Below, piece after piece: positions 23,406 through 35,264 of a stretch of DNA of 64,000 nt. A model generated the notes under the pieces. The model was not told where the DNA came from and searched no databases. It worked only from the letters and a program-made list of their open reading frames with translations. The first letter of the stretch is position 1. Every line of letters begins with the position of its first letter. The position numbers were made by a program, and so were the translations under genes. Origin of the DNA: Carcharhinus longimanus (taxonomy: Eukaryota); the NCBI GenBank assembly GCA_030264375.1, contig JASCQW010000043.1, positions 125,606,407-125,670,406 on the forward strand. The letters are read 5' to 3'.

Positions 23406-25319
23406 ATTTAATAAATTCAAGTTCTTCATCTCTTTAGCTGCTCCATCTCCAAGTATTAGATTCAGAAAACAAATCTTTGCTTTTGTATTCAAGCGTAAAT
23501 ATTCAAACGACTTGAGTTCTTTGATTATTTAACATAGCTTGAGGGTTGGTGTGGAGATATTTAAAAGACACTTGGAGCGATTCTTACCTCTGGCCCCTGA
23601 CAGATGGGGAGAACATACCAGCCTGTTCCCCAATTCCTCTGCCTCAGAACACAAGAAACTGAAGCCATTTCAGGGGTAGGTTTGGGGCTGTCAGAACAAA
23701 CCAGCAAAGGACACTTTTCGCTTCTGCATTTGATTTGGGCCTCCAAAGGTTTTTGTGCGTGTTTCTGTGCTGAAGGTGCAATGTGTGGTGTACAGACCCA
23801 CAGATAAGGCACAACAAATGCGAGCCCATTTGCCTCACTCCCTCTGCCTCCATATAATGTGGAGATGGTTCCAGGGTTGGTTTTGGAGGGTCTTGCTGGA
23901 ATCCCCTTTTAAAGTCTAACACTCAAACAGCTTGGCATTGGACACACAGATGGAGCAAGGGACCCTTAAAATGGGAACCAGAGTCCTCATGGCATTAGAT
24001 TTGCATAACTAACCAGCCAGCCGGCAGAATCAGACAGTGCACTAGCTACCCAAAGAGTGAGTCCTCTCACAATGGAGGGAATGGATAGTTTGATGCCAGT
24101 ATATTGAAACGCTCCTGATGGCAAGGTCATTACTGTATCTTTAATCCTGGTGACTGCCAATGACAATGAGCCCAAGCATTTTAACACTGTCAGCAGTTAC
24201 AGGCCAATGTAAATAGGCTTTGAACAGAGACCGAGGGAGAATACTGCTGCTTTAAGCAGGTTTTAGTTCCTTAGGTAGCTTATAATGAAGACAAGCAAAG
24301 CGAATATCCCTCTGGCATTACAAAATAATATTTATTTAGACTTGTTATAGTGTTACCGAGGATAATTGGGCTCTTTGGACATGGGACCAACTGGGAGAAG
24401 ATGTGAACCATTTACTGTGGGTACACAAACTATTAACAATTCCAATCTTGTTCCATTTCCACGCATATTTAGCGTTCCTGCCCCACTGTTTCAGCAGCTC
24501 AACCCACTTTACGCTCGACTTATCACCCATAAGTTTTAATATCGACATTACCCTTGCAAATCTCCAGCATAGTTCATTCTCTTCCTTCAAAGCCTGGGAG
24601 TACACTTTAATTCTGCTGTTCCTTCAATTATTAAGAATTGCAGTGCGTTGATAAATCCCATAGTTGAATGGTAATGTCTGTGGCCCCGTTTAGTGATTCA
24701 GGCAAGGCACTTGGATTACAAGGTGGCGGGGGGGTTCATTGGGAAAAAGGGTGTGCAGTTTTAAGGATTAAGTTTGAAGCAGCCCCAATCCTTCAAAATA
24801 CAACATTTCACCAGTGAAGTAGCAGAGGGTCCACTTTCAGAGTGGAATGTATTTGGACACATTCTTATTCTAAATCCAGGGAGGTCAGATCAGCAGTTGT
24901 CACTTTATGACGCCCCTCTGACGATAGTCAATAATTTAACTCAAGTATTTAATTGCTTTCAAAATAAACTTCAGGGAGTTGTACAGAGAAGGAGGAAGAA
25001 CGGAGAAGATTCTCAGGCTGAGAGATAAAACCTGACCAGAGAGGCAGAATGTGAATTAAATCAATGGAACCAACTGAATCATCAAAGCAAACTGGCCAAT
25101 CTTGGCAGGCAGTGAGGGGGATAATACCAGCCATGGAACGCAGTTAACCATTGAACTTATTCAGTGGTTTCTGAATACCACCAATGCAACTTTAAGCGGA
25201 AACGTTAATCTGGAAGGTGAGCTACAGGCAGTAAAGCAGGCTCCAGGATTCCGCCAGGGTCACCACCAGCACAAGCTACTCGGTGAGGCTGTAAGGAGAG
25301 GTTCACAATTACAACTTAC

Positions 25320-26195
25320 AGCACCGAGGGAGCGCCGCACTGTCAGAGGGTCAGTGCCGAGGGAGCGCCGCACTGTCGAAGGCTGCAACTTCCTNNNNNN
25401 NNNNNNNNNNNNNNNNNNNNNNNNNNNNNNNNNNNNNNNNNNNNNNNNNNNNNNNNNNNNNNNNNNNNNNNNNNNNNNNNNNNNNNNNNNNNNNNNNNNN
25501 NNNNNNNNNNNNNNNNNNNNNNNNNNNNNNNNNNNNNNNNNNNNNNNNNNNNNNNNNNNNNNNNNNNNNNNNNNNNNNNNNNNNNNNNNNNNNNNNNNNN
25601 NNNNNNNNNNNNNNNNNNNNNNNNNNNNNNNNNNNNNNNNNNNNNNNNNNNNNNNNNNNNNNNNNNNNNNNNNNNNNNNNNNNNNNNNNNNNNNNNNNNN
25701 NNNNNNNNNNNNNNNNNNNNNNNNNNNNNNNNNNNNNNNNNNNNNNNNNNNNNNNNNNNNNNNNNNNNNNNNNNNNNNNNNNNNNNNNNNNNNNNNNNNN
25801 NNNNNNNNNNNNNNNNNNNNNNNNNNNNNNNNNNNNNNNNNNNNNNNNNNNNNNNNNNNNNNNNNNNNNNNNNNNNNNNNNNNNNNNNNNNNNNNNNNNN
25901 NNNNNNNNNTTGAATGGCGGGGCAGGCTAGAAGGGCTAGATGGCCTACTCCTGCTCCTATTTCTTATGTTCTTATGTTCTTTCCAAGTAGATGTGAAAGA
26001 TCTCATGACATTACACGAGAGGACAGAGAGGTTCTTCCCAGTGTCCTGGTTAATGTTTATTCCTCAATTAACAGCAAACAGATGGGTTATCCGGTCATTC
26101 CGACTTTGTGGGCGCTTGCTCTGCTCACAATTCTGCCACGTTTTCTATATTACAAAAATGACGGCAAGTGCTTTGGGACACCTTGTGATCAGGAA
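25320..26195 (+). mobile_element. DeuSINE split by a CR1 insertion (mostly N gap; CR1 tail at 25910-25981)
   Basis: gagggagcgccgcactgtc twice before the gap, CR1 tail ttcttatgttcttatgttc, then Deu core agatgtgaaagatctcatgac. Confidence 0.7.
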
Positions 26196-27352
26196 TGATG
26201 CAGGAAGAAAATCAATTGTGTTTTTTTTAAAATTGGAATCAGATCCCGGTTAAATTTGATTTCCACATTAAAACTGGGTCCATCTCTGAAACAGGCAATG
26301 TTTTGGACACCGGGTAGCAAGCCCCTTTCAAAATGTCAGCATCCCTATGGCTGGGGATAATGAAGTGTTACTGGAGAAGAGAGGGTGAAATGATGGACCC
26401 GGTTCCTCAGTCGATGCCCCCTCTGTTCACACCAGGTGTAGGAAGTGAAAATTGACCGCAGGGTTAACAGTTAAATCAGTAGTTGCCAATCAGTAGTAAG
26501 TATGGGCAGTGAGAATGCTGAAAGTGACAGGATTGTTAAAATTGCAAATGTTAACCTTTCACCATGTCTGAAAACAAACAAATCCCCTTCCTTAGCAACC
26601 CGGAATTAAAAGTCATCTCGTCATGAATACTTGACCCATGTCTCTGCACTGGCTCAACCTCTCAGTCTCACAGTTAACGCCAGTATACTGCAGCACACAG
26701 TCTCAGAACAGTAAATCTCACAGGGCAACCCCTGGGAGGGAACACCAGCTACACTTGAATATCACACACAACACCCAACGATACACAATTTTGCAGTAAC
26801 TTAGAGTCAGTAAAAGGAACCAACAGTCTCAAAATATCCAGACTAAAACTAAATCTGTGGAATATTCAACAACTAGGATTAATCTAACAGCAGAAGACAA
26901 TTCAATTATTGTTCAAAGTTAGAACTGAACACCGATATTAATTCAACTCTGTTCTTTTCTCATTCATTCAACACACAATTTCTATGGGTTGTGTTGTTAG
27001 AATAATGATTGATATGTTTATTTATTGCTTCTGGGCTGTATAAGCAATCTGGTGTCACATTTCGACCTTTGTTCTGGAGTGTGAAAGTACAATCATGTTG
27101 GATGTATTAGTATTGAAGAAAGAAGTATTAACAGCCAGAGCTCAGAGAACACGACCTGGAGCTATTCGTGCACATGTGTGACTAGCATGCTCAGTTTGCA
27201 CTCCTGGGATGCCAGCAACGGTAAACATAGCAAGGACTGGCAGAATGCAGGTGTGTGGGATCTTGCCACAATGTTAGTGAACAACCTCTGTACCCGGAGA
27301 GCTGAGGTATTGGCATTGCTGTGACAGTTCAGAAGCACAAACAGTGACTGAC

Positions 27353-27410
27353 CTGCTGCAACTTCCTTTACATTTTGGCACAAACCTTCCCAACAGTAAC
27401 AACTCGACAT
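27353..27410 (-). other. Candidate alternative first coding exon MSSCYCWEGLCQNVKEVAA+G
   Basis: ATG at 27410, donor CAG|gtcagt, phase 1, non-repeat context. Confidence 0.3.
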
Positions 27411-28035
27411 CACAATCCTTCCTGAGCCAAGACACGCACTGCCATAGGTGCTATCACTACTTCCACAGGTGGTCAGCAGGAGGGTACCACATACTTCCTG
27501 GGTGTGTCAATAAAGGAGAAAACTCACCCTCATGACTGTACTTTATTAGCTGGCTCCCTCCTAATTGAGGAAAAATATTAAGCAAATATAATCGTGCGCG
27601 GCTCTGCAGACAACTCCCGTAGCGAGCAGGCAATAGAACAATTCCAATTCACAATTCCCTCGACAGCAGCACTCAGAATTTTGAAGGAAGTGGGTCTATT
27701 GTCCACAGTCTATAAATCTCATGTCTTAAAGAGATCACATCCTTTTCATTTTATTCAAGGCAAGGGAAATCTAAACACGCTCCTTTAGCATTCGTCCTGT
27801 GCCTCTTACGAGGAGTGACTGGATCGAAGGCAAGTAGCCTTCTCAACTTGTATCTCCGAACAGGAGGATTACCAAATCAACTCTATCCAACATCCATGTC
27901 AGGCTTTCGAATCAGGAATTAATTATAAAATAAATGATGTGCAATGGTCATCCGTACACAGCTTCCCCATAACGTTTACTAAACATGGATGTTAACGGAA
28001 TAGTTCCAAACATGGGGAGTATACTATTCTAATTT

Positions 28036-28760
28036 AGAACATAATGTAAGAACTCGGAGCAGGAGTCGACCATCTGGCCCCCCCGAGCCTGCTCTGCCAT
28101 TTAATAAGATCATGGCTGATCTTTTCATGGACTCAGCTCCACTTACCCATCCACTCATCAAAACCCTTAATTCCTTTACTGTTCAAATATTTATCTAACC
28201 TTGCCTTAAAACATGCAATGAGGGAGCCTCAACTGATTCACTGGACAAGGAGTTTACAACCCTTTGTGTGAAGAAGTTCCTCCTCAACTCAGTCCTAAAT
28301 CTGCTCCCCCTTATTTTGAGGCCATGCCCCTGAGTTCTAGTTTCACCCACCAGTGGAAACAACTTCCCTGCTTCTATCTTATCTATTCCCTTCATAATCT
28401 TATATGTTTNNNNNNNNNNNNNNNNNNNNNNNNNNNNNNNNNNNNNNNNNNNNNNNNNNNNNNNNNNNNNNNNNNNNNNNNNNNNNNNNNNNNNNNNNNN
28501 NNNNNNNNNNNNNNNNNNNNNNNNNNNNNNNNNNNNNNNNNNNNNNNNNNNNNNNNNNNNNNNNNNNNNNNNNNNNNNNNNNNNNNNNNNNNNNNNNNNN
28601 NNNNNNNNNNNNNNNNNACAAGGAGAATGTGCAAACTTCATACAGACAGTGACCCGAGCTGGGAATCGAACCCAGGTCCCTGGAGCTGTGAAGCAACAGT
28701 GCTAACCACTGTGTTACTGTGCCGTCCAAATCTTATATGTTTCTATAAGATCTCTCTTTA
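28036..28760 (-). mobile_element. CR1 3' end containing a nested HE1-type SINE (28410-28728)
   Basis: YKIMKGIDKIEAGKLFPL...RRNFFTQRVVN; SINE head at 28618-28728; duplication aatcttatatgttt at 28396-28409 and 28729-28742. Confidence 0.85.
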
Positions 28761-29139
28761 CAGAGGTTTTTAGCTAGGGCAAAGCCCAGTGTTATTGCAA
28801 ATGTACACCGAGCAAAGTATCTAAAGCACAACAATGGATTGCAACTCTATTAACTCCAAGCCAAGCTCACCAAGACTGCCAGGTTTTCCACATACAGGCA
28901 AAAGCTCAGGACAGACTTGAATACTAAGTGAGTACTGAGACAATACATCATTCCAACCCCTGCCAAGGAAATTCATCAAAAAATTGTCAAAGATCAAATC
29001 CTGTTCATCAGCATCAAGAAACAAACAAACCTCTGAAAATGTGAGTGAGAGAGTTGAAGTACCTTGAACCATTGAAGAACTGGGCAGCGTTCCTGTTCCT
29101 TTTAAAGGATAAAGGAAAAGCAGGAGTTAGGGAACTGAT

Positions 29140-29600
29140 TGTACCCCAGAGTAAAACAGCCGAATTCAAACTGAAGGAATCCAGGATTTCAACCATGTGG
29201 AGAGACTGGGGAAGCTGGTGCTGTTCTCCTTTAAACAGAGAATAGAGGGGAGGGTTGATAAGTGTTCAAAATTATAAGAGTTTTTGATAGAGCAAGTAAG
29301 GAGAAACTGTTTTCACTCGCAAGAAGGTCAGTGTAGAGAAGAAACAGATTTAAGATAATCACCAAAAGAATGAGAAGGGGAGATTTTTTTCAAAAAAACA
29401 GAACAAATTATTGTGATTTGTAATGCACTTTCTGGATTTGATGGAAATCTTCATAAAGGAACTGAACATAAATACTTGAAAAAGGAACGATTGGAAAGGC
29501 AATGGGGAAAAGAGCAGCTGGGGGATTGAGATGAATTGAGTAGGTTGTTCAAACAGCTAGCACAGGCACGATGGGCCAAATGGACTCTGACTGCACCGTA
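29140..29600 (+). mobile_element. Decayed CR1 3' end
   Basis: gagagactggggaagctgg...gtgttcaaaattataagag...gcacaggcacgatgggccaaatgg. Confidence 0.7.
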
Positions 29601-29718
29601 TAATCCAGTTATTCTTATTTGATTGCCTTGCAGCTATCTGAAGGATTGAGATCTGAATTAACTTCTCATATTGTTGAATAGAGGCACAGAAATGGGGAAT
29701 GGTCACATGCCGATTTAC

Positions 29719-29746
29719 CTTCAAACAGGAATCCAGCATTCACCAT
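29719..29746 (-). other. Candidate alternative first coding exon MVNAGFLFE+G
   Basis: gagaATGg context, donor AAG|gtaaat, phase 1. Confidence 0.25.
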
Positions 29747-30149
29747 TCTCAAAATGGCAGGAGTGGGCAAGAGTCCATTTTTGTCATGTTGATATAGTTT
29801 TGGTCTTTATTAGCTTCTGCCGGTGAACTGGGACTTGGGTCTCAAGAAGTTGATAACTTGACACAAACAACTCTATTCCTCCCACAGAGGTCTGGTGCAG
29901 AATTTGGGTTAGTGAATCTCAGTGGTTTAGTGATGTTTTGGAACATTGGGGAATAATCCCCAACAGGTTATTACTGAACAGAGAATCGAACTTCAATCTG
30001 AAATCAATGGACATTGGAACCAGGCAGTTTCTATAACAGGAGGCTGGTTAGTAATTTACCAGTTTTATACTTGGGCAATACGATAAAAATCTGCCTTTGT
30101 CTCTCTTATTGAACTGCTCTTAGTTCAATTTGTCTTCTCTTGCCTCACT

Positions 30150-30590
30150 GTTTGTTCCAGTATTACACGTTTTCCATATTCCAACGTCACACAGTCCCTG
30201 TGCTAATGTGAGGCTCATTCTCTTGTGACAATCTCGCTACTTCCATGGATATCAACATAGTGATCTGGTAATTCTTATCCTCATTTTAAAATTGCTTACT
30301 GCTCCCTATCCCTGCATTCTCCTCCAGGCCTCTTGGGGATCATTGCGTTCCTCTAACTCTGCCTCCTAAGCCTCCCCAGTTTTCTTTGCTCGGCCATTGC
30401 AGCCTTTCGACTGCCTGGGCTCTGAACTCTGGAGTTCCCTTTAAACCTCTTCATTCCTCCTTTAAACGTACCGCACTGACCAAGCTTGAGGCCACCTCGA
30501 ATATTTCCAGATGTTGTTTCATGACCATCCTGTGAAGCAGCTTTACCAATGTTCAAATATTCAAGTGCTGTCTGATAAAGGTTGCTGCTG
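30150..30590 (+). mobile_element. L2-type LINE 3' end
   Basis: tgcgttcctctaactctgcctcc...gcctttcgactgcctgggctctgaactctggagttccct...cctgtgaagcagcttt. Confidence 0.6.
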
Positions 30591-30939
30591 GTGAGCATTT
30601 TTAAGCTGATTTGTAGACACAGGAGTGCCCTATGGGAACAGGCAGTCAAGATTCATTTTCACACCTTAGTAAAGAGACCTTGAAATCTTTGTGACCTCTG
30701 CCTAAAGCAGAAAACATTGACTCCAAGGAGCCGGCGATTGTGCAGAGTTTACAAGGAGCCGATGTTTGAGAAAAGATGAAAAATGATGGGGCAGAGAAAG
30801 AAACAGAAAGTCCAGCAGCATCTGAAAAGAGAAAAGACAGGTTAAGGTTCATCAAAACTGCTTTTCAGAGGGAAATCTTCACCCAGAGGACAATATTTCC
30901 TCTTCTCTTTACAGATGGGGGAGTCCATGATTCATAAAA

Positions 30940-32355
30940 AAGAAAAATACTGCAGAGGCTAGGAATGCAAAATAAGAATAAAAATTGCTGGAAATACTCA
31001 GCAATTCCGTTCAATGACTCCTCATCATTCCAGTTCTGATAGAAGGTCTTGGGAAAATTTGGACAGGTTTGTTAAAGCCAGTTCATGTTCATTTCATTGG
31101 TTCGGGTTTTTTGACCAGGTAGTTGGAGTCCATTCGGCCCACTGAGCCTGTGCTGGCTGTTTGAAGGAGGCTCGGTGAGGATAATGTGATTGATGTGGAG
31201 TACAAGGACTTTGAGAAAGTCTGCCATAACAGGTTTGTCAGCTAAACTCTAATTCCTAGAACAAAAGGGACAGGAACAATATGGATGTGAAACTGGCTAA
31301 GTGACAGGCAACACAGAATAGTGGTGAACTACTGTTTCCCAGACAAGGAACAGTGCATAATGAGGTTCCTGAGGCATCAGTATTAAGACCACGATATTTG
31401 TTGACATATATTAAAGACCAAGACTTGGGTGCCCACAGCACAACTTCAACATTTGAAGTTTGCACAAAACCTGAAGCATTGTGAGCTTTGAGGAAGATAA
31501 TGTGGGACACTCAAAAGGACAGAGAGGCTGGCAGATTCAACGCCATGCAGAGAAGTGTGAAGTGGCTCATTTTGGCAGGAGGAAGAAGTCAAGGCAATTT
31601 TAAACTAAAGAGTACAATTCTCAAGAATGAGCAGGAGCAGAGGGAGCTGGATGTATGTGTACCATTGGAGGCGATAGGACAGTTGGAAGGAGCAGTTAAT
31701 AAGGCAAATGGAAGCCTGATCAATAAAAGTGTGGAATATAAAAATAATGAAGTTAGGATGAACCTTTATAAAACACTAATTCAAGCTCTTGTGTCCAATT
31801 CCAAGTGACTTGAGGAAGAACATAAAGGTTTCAGAGAGAGTGCAGAAGAGGTTTACAAAAATGGTTCCAGGGATGAGGAGCTTCAGTTACGAAGAGAGAT
31901 TGGAGAAGCTCGGGCTACTTTTGGAGATTCAGTGACGATTTGACAAGAGTTTTCCAAATTGAAGGTTCGGGACATAACAGGAAGAGAGAAGCTGTTTCGA
32001 TTGGCAGAAGGATTATGAAGGGGAGGTCACCAGTGTAAAGGTGATTGGCAAATGAAGCAACGACCACATGAGCAAAACATTCTACACATCGAGTATTCAG
32101 GATCTAAATGCACCGCCTGAGGGAGTGGCGGAGGCAGATTCAATTGTAGCTTTTGAGGAAGAATCAGATAATGACTGAAGAAAATAACTTTACAGGGAGA
32201 GAGGGAAAAGGCATCACAGACAGGGCAGGCTGAATGGCCTCTTCTGTTATGTAACAATTTTATGATTCTGGTCACGACTGAAACCTTAACACAATATTTT
32301 CACTCGACAGATGCTGCCAGACCTACTGAGTACGTCAAACATTGTGTTTTTATTG
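30940..32355 (+). mobile_element. Penelope-type element split by a 1.2-kb CR1 (31049-32269)
   Basis: Left part aattgctggaaatactcagc...ttctgatagaaggtc; right part ggtcacgactgaaaccttaac...cagatgctgccagacctactgagt; CR1 RT remnant between (ORF 31488..31808). Confidence 0.75.
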
Positions 32356-32454
32356 CAACATCCAGTGTCTCTGGAAAAATGGGAGATAGAGTCAAGATGA
32401 TCAGGTCAGGACAACGGTGATAGACTCTCCTCCCCACACAAATTCCTTTAAAGA

Positions 32455-32965
32455 TGTCAATCATGGCTCAGTTGGTAGATATTAAAGTCTCTCCACCAGA
32501 AACCTGGTTATCCAGTCCAGGCCGATGCACCAGTGGTGGACTGAGGGAGTGCCGGGCTGAGGGAGTGCCGCATTGCCGGAGCGCTGCCTTTTGCCTGAGA
32601 TGCTAATCCAAAGCCCGTGTACAGATAACCTGGTTATTATCAGGTTGCTGCTGTGGGATCAAGATAGAAAATGCTGGAAAATCTCAGCAGGTTTGGAGAC
32701 ACCTGTGGAGAGAGAACAGAGACAACAGAGTTTCAAGTCTGGATGACCCTTCGTCAGAGCTCTGAGATGCTCCAGCATTTTCTGTTTTTGTTTCAGAATC
32801 CAGCATCCGCAGTAATTTGCTTTTAGGCTCTTTTTGTTTGTGGAAACTTGCTAAGTGCAAATTGGCTGCCACATTTCCTCTATCACTGTAGTGACTACAC
32901 TTCAAACTGTATTTTCTGCAGAGTGCTTTGGGCCACTGGGAGGTTGTGAAAGGTGCTACATAACA
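32455..32965 (+). mobile_element. DeuSINE interrupted by a Penelope-type element (about 32660-32825)
   Basis: Head gtcaatcatggctcagttggtag, core ctgagggagtgccgcattgccgga, tail tgcaaattggctgccacatttcc...gtgaaaggtgctacataa. Confidence 0.75.
32722..32762 (-). ncRNA. Hammerhead ribozyme motif (C3-G8 core), partly decayed
   Basis: gagct-CTGACGA-A-GGGTC-atcca-GACTT-GAAAC-tct-GTT; stem II closes with G-U rather than G-C. Confidence 0.55.
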
Positions 32966-33324
32966 CGTCACTCCTTCAAATGCCAGAAACAAAAAGGAGG
33001 AAAAAAAATCTCAAGCATTCTTTTTCATTCCAAGAGTTATTCTTGTAAAAGTGAAGCCTTGTCATTTCTGTGGACATGGCACAGAGACACTGTTGACCTC
33101 CTCTGAGGGCCCAGACTGGGCTCACTGTGTGTTCTGTGTGAAATGGACATCGGCATATATCTCGCCTGCACTTCTCCTGTGGGGTTTGTCCTTCTGTCTG
33201 GGTGGGGAATAGTTGTCTGTGCTCTACTGAGGTCAGGCTGCTTAGCTGACAGGTTCTGTCTTTGTACAAGAAAAGAATCAATACTTTGAGACGATGGCTG
33301 CACCCTCAGTGTAAAACAACAAAC

Positions 33325-33440
33325 CTGTAAAGTCTGACATGTTTTCAGGCAAGCCAAGGCAGCTCTCAACTGATCTGCTCCCGGCAGCTGCTCCTGCTCG
33401 CAGGAGTAGGCAGTGAGTGAGAGAGGAGGACGGAACAAAG
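33325..33440 (-). other. Candidate first exon ending MSDFT+G
   Basis: aaaacATG at 33340, donor CAG|gtttgt, phase 1; upstream GC-richer segment with tcact initiator-like motifs. Confidence 0.3.
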
Positions 33441-34169
33441 TGCTGAGGTACATTTCAGTGTCAGAGCCTAGAGCTATTAGTCACTCAATAAATCACACAA
33501 ACTAAATACAGCGCACATTCCCATCGAACTGGGCTTTTTTTTATTTCAACAAGGGATCGGAGGGACAAAGAGCAAGGAACATGCTGTAATTATAACAAAA
33601 GGATAAACAAGCTGCTGATGATTTCAGAGGAACAGGCACAGCAAGAGCTGGCCACAGTTAGCACAAGGAATGATGCTTTTCACACAACATTCTGTGTTCA
33701 CATTCCAAGAATGATATTAACAAAGGGGGTGGCCATTGAGACAGTCATATTCCATGTCCTTACCCTCACCTGGTAGTGTTAGAATTGGCAGGGATACGGG
33801 GCGATCAACTGCTGTTTGGCTCCAGGTAAGCACCTTTTCCTTTAATTTACCAGTTGCACACATCCACATGCCAGGATTTACAGGTGCACACTGAATACAT
33901 GCAGCAACATATACTTAGAGAGGGAATTATTATTGCTATTTCTTTCATCTTGCTGGCAACTCAATTGGGAGATGATGTGTGGGGGGATAGCAGGTTAATT
34001 GGTGGTGCAGGAAGGGGAGGGGCAATATAAAAAGATGTCAAAACACATCCAAATTAGCTCTGGAGTGAGATGGTCCCAAAAGGAGGAATGATATCAAGTG
34101 GTCAGGGTGATCATAGATCCACACCTTCCTCAGCAGGACCTTCCAAAGCCAACTCCTGCTGCCAACAGA

Positions 34170-34305
34170 TAAAAACAAATTACTGCGGATGCTGGAATCT
34201 GAAACTAAAGCTTTGACAAAGGGTCATCTGGACTCGAAACGTCAGCTCATTTTCTCTCCTTACAGACGCTGCCAGACCTGCTGAGATTTTCCAGTGTTTT
34301 CCCTT
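34170..34305 (+). mobile_element. Penelope-type element carrying a hammerhead motif
   Basis: aaattactgcggatgctggaatctgaaac...cagacgctgccagacctgctgagattttccag; same family as 22330. Confidence 0.75.
34209..34247 (+). ncRNA. Minimal type-I hammerhead ribozyme motif with U3-A8 core
   Basis: AGCT (stem I) - TTGACAA (core) - A - GGGTC/atctg/GACTC (stem II) - GAAA - CG - TC - AGCT (stem I). Palindromic ACGT stem III, GUC triplet, predicted cut after 34243. Confidence 0.7.
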
Positions 34306-34324
34306 CTGCTTCCTGCTGCAATCA

Positions 34325-34520
34325 GACTGCCTTACATTATCTGCCTTACATTAAGCTGATCTTTCTCTACACCCTAGCTATGACTTTAACACTACATTCT
34401 GCACCCTCTCCTTCCTTCTCCCCCGTGTACTCAGTATGTTTTATCTGTATAGCGTGCAAGAAACAATACTTTTCACTGTACATCAATACACATGACAATA
34501 ATCAATCAAATCCAATCATG
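34325..34520 (+). mobile_element. Rex1-like LINE 3' tail
   Basis: ctctacaccctagctatgactttaacactacattctgc...aatacttttcactgtac...tgacaataatcaatcaaatc; second copy at 53985. Confidence 0.5.
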
Positions 34521-34762
34521 ATCTCTACCACTGCAAGTTCAAGGGCAGCAGACACTTGGGAACACCATCGCCTTCAAGTTCCCCTTCAAGTCACACCTGG
34601 ACTTCACTGTCGCTGGGTCAAAATCCTGGCACTCCCTCTCTAACAGCACTGTGGGTGTACCTACATCTCAGAGGCTGCAGCAGAGCAAGAAGGCAACTCA
34701 CCTCCAGCTTCTCAAGGGCAATAAATACTGGCCGAGGCAGCAACGTCCACAATCCATGAAAA
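34521..34762 (+). mobile_element. 3' end of the LINE sharing the Meta-type SINE tail
   Basis: gggcagcagacacttgggaacacca...cttctcaagggcaataaatactggcc. Confidence 0.75.
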
Positions 34763-35264
34763 GATTTCTTTACAATTGGTGGCCATTTGGCCCTTCAAAC
34801 CTGCTCTACCATTCAGGTCAATCTTGGCTAAATTTTCCACTTATCTTCTTTGCGACTTCTTTTCCCAACAAAAATCTAACTATCCTGGAGATGGGGTTGG
34901 TTGGAGATTATCCCAGATTCCTCCTATCCGAGGTGCCAGCTTCACTTGCTTCAGTTCCATTCCGATTATCCGCCAACACCCAGCCCTGTCCGAACTTTAA
35001 TTTTTCCTTCATGAAAACACCTGGGCACGTTAAAAAACATAAACATTTTGCTGCAAGAAATCTGATTTCAATCGCAAATTAGCCTCAAGAATTCCACCCA
35101 AGCAAACTCTAAAACAGGGATCAGATTGCAGCGATTTACCCCAACAGCTGAAGCAAATCAGAAATAAATTGGATAAAATGTTATATAAAGTCTATGATAG
35201 AGTTATATAAAGTAGTGTCTATATTACGTACATTAACATGAAACATTGTACCTGTCCCTAGCAT

